A stretch of DNA of 64,000 nucleotides from Planctomycetota bacterium (lineage in GTDB: Bacteria; Planctomycetota; Planctomycetia; Pirellulales; UBA1268). Made by a program: the position numbers and the translations under genes. The stretch's first letter is position 1, and each line of letters starts with the position of its first letter. Location of the stretch: positions 57,742 through 121,741 of the forward strand of contig JAGWWA010000001.1 of the NCBI GenBank assembly GCA_018970605.1, read 5' to 3'. A model generated the notes under the pieces. That model was given only the letters and a program-made list of their open reading frames with translations, was not told where the DNA came from and did not search any database. Positions 25,801-32,600 of this stretch are shown here, in pieces.

Positions 25801-28145
25801 AGGGCCTCACGATCCCGCAGCGCCAGCGTGCCCTCCACCACGCGCGTGTCGCCGGTGAAGCTGCCGGCGGCGGCGAGCGTCAGGGTGCCGGCGCCGAGTT
25901 TGGTCAACGTGCCCCCGGCGCTCGCCAGCGGCGACGCGAACGTCACCGCCTGTCCGTTGGTGTCGATCCTCACCGCCTGGTTGGCAGCCGACGAGAATCG
26001 TGGGGAATAGTCGGTGGTGTTGGCAGCCGAATACTGGAGCGTGCCGCCGCCGAACGAGATCGTGCCGCTGCCTCCGAGGGCTCCGGCCGCCGCGGCCTGC
26101 AGCACGCCGCCGTTCAACGCCACCGCGCCCAGGGTGTTGGTCGCCGCCAGCACTACCGAGCCCGACCCGACGACCGTCAGCGGCAGCCCCCCGACGAGGC
26201 CGGAGGATACCGTGAGGATGCCGTCGCCGCCGCCGAGCCGATACCCGGCCGAGCCCGAGGTCACCGTGCCGGAGAGCGTCGCCGCCCCCAGAGCGCCGAT
26301 GGACAGTCCCGGATACGACGCCAGCGACAGGTTGCTCGAGTCATTCGCCGTCGCGAGGATCGATCCAGCCGATGCCGTCGCCACCCGGCCGCTCGCCAGC
26401 CAGCCGCCGACCGACGCATAGGCACCGTCGGCGACAAGCGCGGCGCCCGCGCGGACATCCACGCTCCCGGCGGTCGGCAGCGACGCGGGCGTGGTGAAAC
26501 GGATCACACCTCCCGCCACCACGGTCCCGCCCGAGTAGCCGTTGCTCCCAGAGAGGCTCAGGGTGCCGCTGCCGAGTTTTACGAGGCCGACCGCCCCACC
26601 CCCGACACCGGTCGTGTCGAGCACGGAGTCGGCGAGCGTGAAGCTGCCGGCCGCCGAGGTGTCGAAGCCGATCCGCGCGCCGGCGAGCAGCCCATTGCCG
26701 TTCACGCTCCGATCGACGGCCGCGATCACGGCCGAGATCGCGGCGGCATCGAACCCCGACGTGCCGCCCACCACGAAGGCGGCCGTCGCCCCCGATCCGG
26801 TGACGAGCCGCGCCGGAGTCCAGGCGGCGACCGTCCCGCCGACGAGCGTGGCCGGCGTGGTGAAGAGCAGCGTCCCCGCCGACACCGTCGTCGGCCCCTG
26901 AAACGTGTTGGCGGCGGTGAGGCTCACGAGGCCGGTGCCGACCTTCCTGAGCGACCCGACCCCAGAGAGCGGCACCGTGAGCGAGGTCGTGCCGGAGGTT
27001 CCCACGTTGAGCGCCACCCCCGCACCCGACGTGCTCGTGAGCACCACCGCGTTGGAGCCGGTCAGCCCGCCGATGTTCACCTCGCTCAGCGCCCCGAACG
27101 TGAGCGTGCCCGTCGGCGATGTGCCCGACTGTGTGTTGAAGGTGGTGCCGGCCAACGCGTACTGGTTGCCGAGCACGAGCCGCCCGGCGGTCACCGTCGT
27201 CGTGCCGCTGAACGTGTTGCTGCCGGAGAGCAGAAGCGTCCCAGTGCCCGACTTCGTGAAGCCGTTGCCGCCGATCACCTGGGCCGAGATCTCGAGGTCG
27301 ACCCCGGAGGCGTCGCCCGTCCCGTTCACCGTGAACGTCCGCGTGGAGTTGAGGTTGATCTGGCCGCTGCCCGTCGTCGACAGGATCGTGGACTTGGCCG
27401 TGCCGCCCACGGTGACCGCGGAGTTGTTCTGAAACACCAGCGATGCACCGGACGAGCCTCCGGATCGCGCGTCGATCGTCGCCCCGTTGAGCGTCATCGT
27501 CGTGCGGTAGTTGTTGGTCTTGTCGAGCTGCAGCGTGGTGCCCGCGCCGAGCGTCAGCGCGGTGCTGTTGTCGGAGTTGGCCGTGCCGTCGAGGCCGTTG
27601 ACGCCCGAGAAGATCAGCCGCGTGCCCGCCGTCGAGACCGTGATCGCTCCCGGGTAGGGTTTGTTGGCCGACGTGAAGTTCACGGTGCCGCCGCCTTGGA
27701 TGCCGAGACCAAGACCGGCGCCGTTGGTGCTGGTGATCGTCAGGGACGTGCTGGGGCTGACCACGATCGCCCGCGCGGGAGAGAGCGTGCCGTTGTTCGC
27801 CCAGGCGACCACGCCGGAGAGCGTGAACGAACCCGACGTCACGTTGATCCGGCAGAACTGCGGGATCCCACTCGCCGTGAGCGTGCCGCTCGTGCCCTGG
27901 AGATACGCCTGGCTCGTCGTCGAACTCACGAAGGATCCCAGCGTTCCGCTGCTGGAACCGACGAACCAGTTGCTGCTGGTGGTGTTCCATGTGCCCGACC
28001 CGCCGAGCGATGTGCCGGTGGCGGTCCAGTAGTAGTCGACGGCCATCGTCTCACGAACCGGCACCGCGACGCTCGCCACGGCCATCACCGCCGCCGCGAT
28101 CCGCCCGACCAGGGAACCAGACACACCGTGACCCGTGCGATGCAT
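22833..28145 (-). CDS. giant surface protein: signal peptide, autotransporter-associated beta-strand (PATR) repeats, dockerin-like repeats, PEP-CTERM anchor (1770 aa)
   Basis: N-terminus MHRTGHGVSGSLVGRIAAAVMAVASVAV. Dozens of LxKxGxGTLxLxGxNxYxGxTxVxxGxL units. DTNLDWNVDILDAANFLAGG ... GDFGYDGLVDILDAADF. C-terminus VPEPSAQLMVGTLVTTAAGLVISRRRNRR. Confidence 0.85.
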   Translation of the reverse strand: MHRTGHGVSGSLVGRIAAAVMAVASVAVPVRETMAVDYYWTATGTSLGGSGTWNTTSSNWFVGSSSGTLGSFVSSTTSQAYLQGTSGTLTASGIPQFCRINVTSGSFTLSGVVAWANNGTLSPARAIVVSPSTSLTITSTNGAGLGLGIQGGGTVNFTSANKPYPGAITVSTAGTRLIFSGVNGLDGTANSDNSTALTLGAGTTLQLDKTNNYRTTMTLNGATIDARSGGSSGASLVFQNNSAVTVGGTAKSTILSTTGSGQINLNSTRTFTVNGTGDASGVDLEISAQVIGGNGFTKSGTGTLLLSGSNTFSGTTTVTAGRLVLGNQYALAGTTFNTQSGTSPTGTLTFGALSEVNIGGLTGSNAVVLTSTSGAGVALNVGTSGTTSLTVPLSGVGSLRKVGTGLVSLTAANTFQGPTTVSAGTLLFTTPATLVGGTVAAWTPARLVTGSGATAAFVVGGTSGFDAAAISAVIAAVDRSVNGNGLLAGARIGFDTSAAGSFTLADSVLDTTGVGGGAVGLVKLGSGTLSLSGSNGYSGGTVVAGGVIRFTTPASLPTAGSVDVRAGAALVADGAYASVGGWLASGRVATASAGSILATANDSSNLSLASYPGLSIGALGAATLSGTVTSGSAGYRLGGGDGILTVSSGLVGGLPLTVVGSGSVVLAATNTLGAVALNGGVLQAAAAGALGGSGTISFGGGTLQYSAANTTDYSPRFSSAANQAVRIDTNGQAVTFASPLASAGGTLTKLGAGTLTLAAAGSFTGDTRVVEGTLALRDREALQNSVVNLAAGDTGGLGFTATGTGAYVLGGLKGSRDLNAGTNDLSVGRSGSSTAYAGQLTAASITKVGSGTLALSNLTTVGAVAVSQGTVTLDFGTSAVNDDIVVPTAALRLGGGGVRAAGGASKSNTQTFATTSVLPGVSTIVAASGSAGSMTLNLGGLTRTGPSVATLTVPSSGQVTTTTANTNGIVGPWLTVGGTTWAVSGGDGTNPGGLTGLDALSYGLLNIFGGSDTNNTETSTSETMLAPLTTNSLRIAANAAGQTLDLGSSKLTLSSGGLLSIASATAAAVTISGFTDVVGLTAGDGTKAAELLVNQANSGGLTIAAGIGDNGSAAVSLTKAGSAKLTLSASNSFTGPITVLGGRLAVTTSAAVPSTSSLTIYEGTGNQFTLDAAGVSVATPITIRGGGAVGVGAVQAAISSGTATVTGPITISGSVQAGGHFSASSGGTLEIAGPIAHTAALPADRFVTVRDGIVVLSGSGSSYDELRLTAGTVRLGRANVIPIGATMRIGDTGNGNTTAILDLNGFDQQLAGVTNNLTGATSYSRITSTSGSAMLTLAIPSGSSNAYSGSLTGGLWVTKRSAGTLRLTGTSDLAGDLTVASGTLELAVAQSQFGTVAGTSGVVRATAGGTIVVAADNALHGYADGTRPYVIEAGGVLTTADNVTTHATNVTLAGGTLASGAASATYGSYVFSGSGNALSVAGGATTSRITAQDVRFGTDGFAVDVADGTASDDLVVSGWIGGTNGFRKTGAGRMVLAAANSLSGSTTVRGGVLQLANGSALGSSSIVPLAGGTLALAAGLQTTVGGLKPNAGGMTDVGSGLMTVSAGLSTVDMLTALVAGRGDGSWSGTSGITSSQAATDIAQSIPRTVGWLDNGDGSVTFAFAAAGDTNLDWNVDILDAANFLAGGKFDSGQPASWIEGDFGYDGLVDILDAADFLSTGLFDAGPYNAPPGLGEEVAAVPEPSAQLMVGTLVTTAAGLVISRRRNRRAD

Positions 28146-28251
28146 GAAAGCCTCCCGGCTCGCGAGCGACGCGGCCACGCGGCATGTCGCTCGATGCCGC
28201 CGCGTCCACCGCTCAAACCCCCCGGAGAATACGGGTCGCCATCGAAAGGGA

Positions 28252-28293
28252 GTATTAGCCACCCGGCTAATCCCCGTCGTCACGATGGGCCTG
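28252..28293 (-). promoter_or_regulatory. conserved upstream block containing the 16-bp palindrome TTAGCC-N4-GGCTAA (28255-28270)
   Basis: The minus strand reads caggcccatcgtgacgacggggaTTAGCCgggtGGCTAAtac. The same block occurs at 36149-36188. Exactly 109 nt separate the palindrome from the ATG at 28145. Confidence 0.5.
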
Positions 28294-28297
28294 CACA

Positions 28298-29638
28298 ATG
28301 CGCCTGGTCGCGTTTTGCCGCCGCCCTCGACCTGCGGAATCAACCTTCGTGCCTCGCCATGCCGCTCGATTCTTTCCGTGCGCCCAGGCCGTCCTCCTGG
28401 CGGTGATCTTCCCGTGGTCGCCGCTCGCCGACGCGGTCGTCCCTCCGGTTGCGCACGGGCCACGAACTGCTCGGCTGGCGACCACGCCGATCAAGGGCAT
28501 CTGCGGCAACGCTCGCCTCGCCGACGCGGTCGCCTGCGGGGCCAACGTGATTCGCACCTACGCAGCGCCGACCGTCGCGGAACTCGACCGGTACGAGGCG
28601 CTCGGGCTTCGCGTGATCGTCGGCCATTGGATGCCCCACGAGGGCACCAACATCGGCAAGGAAGGCTGGCCCTGGAAACACTCCTACGCAGCAGCCGCCG
28701 AGACGATGGATCGCGAGTTCGCCGCCGTCGTCGATCGAATCGGCGACCATCCCGCCATCGTGATGTGGAGCCTCGGAAACGAAGTGCGGCTCGAACCGGC
28801 GTATCTCCGCCAGGCCGACAGGCTGTCTCGCATCGTGCACGAGCGGCACCCGGCGATGCCCACGAGCCTCACGATGGTCAATGCGCCGGCAGCGTCGATC
28901 GCGCTGATCACGGAGCATGCCACCGACATCGACGTGCTCGGCGTCAACAGTTACGGGCACGGTGCCGTCGGCGGCGCGATCGCCACCCTGCAGGAGCAGT
29001 GGCGGAAGCCCTTTTATTTCTCCGAGTTCGGACCCACCGGGCCGTGGTGGGGGCCGCAGGCCTCGTGGGGGCCACGATTCGAGGCGGGAGCGTCGGCCAA
29101 AGCCGCCGATCTCGGCAAGGCATGGGAGCGGATCGCCGCGGCCGAGGGCTGCCTGGGAGGCTGCGCATTCCTCTGGGGGTGCTGGCCTCGGGAGCGGATC
29201 TCGTACTTCAGCATGCTGCTCACCCCCGATCCCTGGTGCCCGACTCAACTCGATGCCGACTGCCGCTTCACGCCGCTCGCCGACGTCCTCGCGATCGCAT
29301 GGACAGGATCGTGTCAGCGGCGCCCTGCGCCACGACTTGAACGGCTCGAGATCGACGGACTGACGAATCAGGACGTCGTCGTGGAGGCGGGAGCGACGAT
29401 GCGGGCGACCGCGGAGCGAGGCGGGCATGATCTCGGACCAGTCCGCTTCCGCTGGTGGATCGCCCGCGAGACAGCGGAAGGCTTTCGCCCCGTCGCTGGA
29501 CCATGCGACACACTGGAACCGTCCGCCACCCTCGTCGCCCCCGCGGAGCCGGGCGCGGCATTCATCCTCTTCTGCCTCGCCCTCGACGACGGCACCGGCG
29601 CCTGCGCCACCACGCTGCCCTTCAAGACCGCCGACTGA
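28298..29638 (+). CDS. putative glycoside hydrolase (clan GH-A TIM barrel, GH2/GH5-like) with a C-terminal beta-sandwich-like region
   Basis: IVMWSLGNEV (acid/base NE) and FYFSEFGP (nucleophile-like E), with a signal-like AVLLAVIFPWSPLADA. The start is uncertain: ATG at 28298 or an in-frame GTG about 50 nt downstream. Confidence 0.6.
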   Translation: MRLVAFCRRPRPAESTFVPRHAARFFPCAQAVLLAVIFPWSPLADAVVPPVAHGPRTARLATTPIKGICGNARLADAVACGANVIRTYAAPTVAELDRYEALGLRVIVGHWMPHEGTNIGKEGWPWKHSYAAAAETMDREFAAVVDRIGDHPAIVMWSLGNEVRLEPAYLRQADRLSRIVHERHPAMPTSLTMVNAPAASIALITEHATDIDVLGVNSYGHGAVGGAIATLQEQWRKPFYFSEFGPTGPWWGPQASWGPRFEAGASAKAADLGKAWERIAAAEGCLGGCAFLWGCWPRERISYFSMLLTPDPWCPTQLDADCRFTPLADVLAIAWTGSCQRRPAPRLERLEIDGLTNQDVVVEAGATMRATAERGGHDLGPVRFRWWIARETAEGFRPVAGPCDTLEPSATLVAPAEPGAAFILFCLALDDGTGACATTLPFKTAD

Positions 29639-32600
29639 TCCGGCACCCCGCGACGGCCGCCGCCACGCAGGCAAGCCATGCGAGGCTCGTCGGCTCGGGC
29701 ACCACGGCCAGCGGTGCTTGCGCCATCCCGGCCGGCCCGGGAACGTAGTCGCCCGTGTCGAACAGCGCCGTGCTCACGAAATCTGCGGCGTCGAGGATGT
29801 CGACCAGGCCGTCGGCGGTGAAGTCGCCCTGCGACCAATCGGCGTCCAAGCCCGTGTCGAAGCGGGCACCGGCCAGGAAGTTGGCGGCGTCGAGCACGTC
29901 CACGAGCCCGTCGATGTTGGAATCGCCCGCCGCGGCGAAGCTGATCGTGAAGGAGCCGTCGCCGTTATCCAGCCAGCCTACGGTGCGAGGCACTCCGGCG
30001 GCGAGGTCGGCTGCGACCGCCGATGAGACGATGCCGCCCGGCCCATCCCAGGCGCCATCGTCGCGGCCGGCCGTCAGGTCGGCCCGCAGCATCGAGAGCG
30101 TCATGCCCGAGGCGATCGTCACCCGCCCCCGGCCGACGTCGAGTCGGCCCGCCGCCTCGTCGATCGCGAGCGACTTCAGGGTCACGGCGAGCGGACGATC
30201 GGCGGGCAGGGCCACTCTCCCGCCCGTGATCGCGACGGATCCCGTCGTCGCCAAGGCCGCGGAGTGGGCCAGGCGGAGCGTGCCCTCCTTCACCGTCGTC
30301 GGCCCGGTGAACGCGTTGGCCGCGGCGAGCGTCCACGTGCCCGAGCCCGACTTCACGAGGCTCACCGCCGACACGCCATCGGCGATCGCACCGGCAACCA
30401 TGTTGCCGGTGCTGCTGCCGGCGAGTTCAAGCGTCTTGGGCACCGCGTTGATCGCGGCCGCGGCGCCGCCGAGCGTCACCATCGCGGTCGTGGGCATGAG
30501 CCGAGTGACCGCACCGCTGGCCCCTGCGGTCAATGCCAGCGACGGCATCACCAGTTCCGCCGTCCCGCTGGTCACGCTCGTCGAGGCCTGCACCTCGACC
30601 GTGCCGCCGCTCAGGCTGATTCCCGAGGCGAGCGCGTGGCGGAGGCCGACACCCGTGGTGCCGGCAGGCCGGCCGACGACGAGCGTGGTGCCGAAGCCGT
30701 TGCTGCCGCGTAGGGACGGCTGCGGGCCGCTGCCGTCCGTGGCGAGTTCGATGGTCGAGGCCGTCGAACTGCCCAGCACCAGGCCGCCGCCGACCGGCAG
30801 GCCACCAAGGGCACCGGAATGGGCAAGCACGATGGCGCCGCCGTTGCCGACCGTGACATCGCTCGTGAACGTGTTGGCCGCCGCGAGCACGAGACGCCCC
30901 CCCGTCACCGCCAGCCCACCGGCGCCCGAAACGGCTCCGGCAAGCGTCTGAGTCGCCGAACCCTGGTGAAGGAACAGCGCCCCCGCCGCGAGCGACAGCT
31001 CGCCGGCGAACGTACCGCCCGGACCGAGCGACCCCGCCCCGCTCACGGCCAGCGTGCCGTCGGCCACCGTGATGTCGCCGCTGAAGCCGCCGCTGCCCGT
31101 AAGCGAAAGCGTGCCCCCGCCGTCCTTGCGCAGAACGCCGTCGCCGGACAGGCCGCCCGCGAGCGTGACCGCGTCGGCGTGATCAAAGGCGAGCGTGCCG
31201 CGGATGACGAACTCGGAACTCGGAATCACGAGACCGCTGCCGCCGCTGCCGAATCGAAGAGTGCCGTCGGCGACGGTGGTGCGGCCGGTGTAGCCGCTCG
31301 ACCCGTTGATCACGAGCGTCGCCGTGCCCGCCTTGGTCAGGCCGCTGGCGCCCGCGGCGTTGTTGAAGACGCCGTTGTGCAGGATAACGTCGGCCGTGGC
31401 CGTGTTCACCACGAGTTCCCGCGTCGCCCCGGCCACGAGATCCATGCGGGGCGAACCGCCGATCGTCAGCGGCCCGGCGCCGGTCGTGAGGATCCCATTG
31501 ACCGTGAGCGTGACCGTGTTGGCCGCCGGTTGCACGCCCCCGCCGCCGCCGTAGTTGATGGTGTTGACGACCCGCGTCAGCCCCATGGCGGCGAAGGTGC
31601 CCGACGAGGTCACGTCGTAGTTGACGGTGCCCGTGTCGCCGGACGGGATGCCGCCGAAGGCGGAGGTGCCGCTGAGCACCGTCCCGGTCGTGAACGCCGC
31701 GATCGTCCCGGCGGCCACCGTGGCATACCGCGTGCCGGTCCCGGAACCGGTGAACGCCCAGGCGGCGAGAATCCCGTTCGTGGCCGTCGCCGACGTGGTG
31801 ATCGGTCCCGTTCGCGTCACGAAGCGAACGACGCCGCCGTTCTCGCGCGTGAGGGCCGACAGCCCGAGCGTACCGGTGGCGATCGTGTTCGACACGGCCG
31901 AATCGCCGGCGGTGATCGTCACGCCAGCGACGGCCTGCGATCCGCCCGCCTTCGCCAGGCCGAACGTGCCGCCGGCGAGCGTGAGCCGCGCCGCAGGGTT
32001 CACGCCACCCGCCACCTGCAGCATGCCCGCCTCCACCCGCATGCCGCCGCTGAAGGTGCTCGTGCCGGAGAGCGTGAGCGTGCCGTCGCCGACTTTCACG
32101 ATCCCGCCCGTGCCGCTGATCGTATTCGCATAGGTCGCCGTCCCCGCCCGATCGAAGATGACGCTCGCCTGGTTCGCGATCGGCCCCGTCAGGCCGCCCG
32201 TCGTGCCGCCGGCGCCAATCCGGAGCGCGCCCGCGGCCACCGTGGTGGTGCCGGTGAAGGCGTTGTTGCCGGCGAGCGTGAGCATGCCGCCGCCCTCTTT
32301 GACCAGGCCGCCGCTGCCGCTGATCACGCCGCCATACGAGGTGCTCCGCCCGGTGCCGCCGATCCGCAGCGACTGACCTCCCAGGGCGAGGTTTCGCACG
32401 CCCGTCAGGCCAGCCAGGCTGAACGTCGCGGGCGCCGTGCCACCGAACACGATGGTGCCTGCGTCGGCGGCATCGAGATCGAGCGTCGCGGCGGCGAGGG
32501 CCGCGGTGCCCGAGATCGCGAGCGTGCCGGCGGCGATCCGCACCGTGCCATCGAGATCGTTGACGGCTGCGAGTGCGAGCGTTCCGCTGCCGAGCTTCGT

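Noticed and set aside
24219-28406. Very long ORFs antisense to the giant genes: 24219-28406 (1395 aa), 32727-35480 (917 aa), 30819-32633 (604 aa), 26341-27990 (549 aa).
   Set aside because: Their translations are Arg/Gly/Pro/Ala low-complexity strings with no motifs. The opposite strand encodes clear PATR repeats. Long stop-free antisense frames are expected at this GC content.
22833-28463. The upstream extensions of the giant ORFs: 1876 aa versus 1770 aa, and 1969 aa versus 1938 aa.
   Set aside because: The extra N-terminal residues are Arg/Pro-rich and precede good signal peptides that start at internal ATGs (28145 and 35438). For the first gene the extension would also run through the conserved promoter block.
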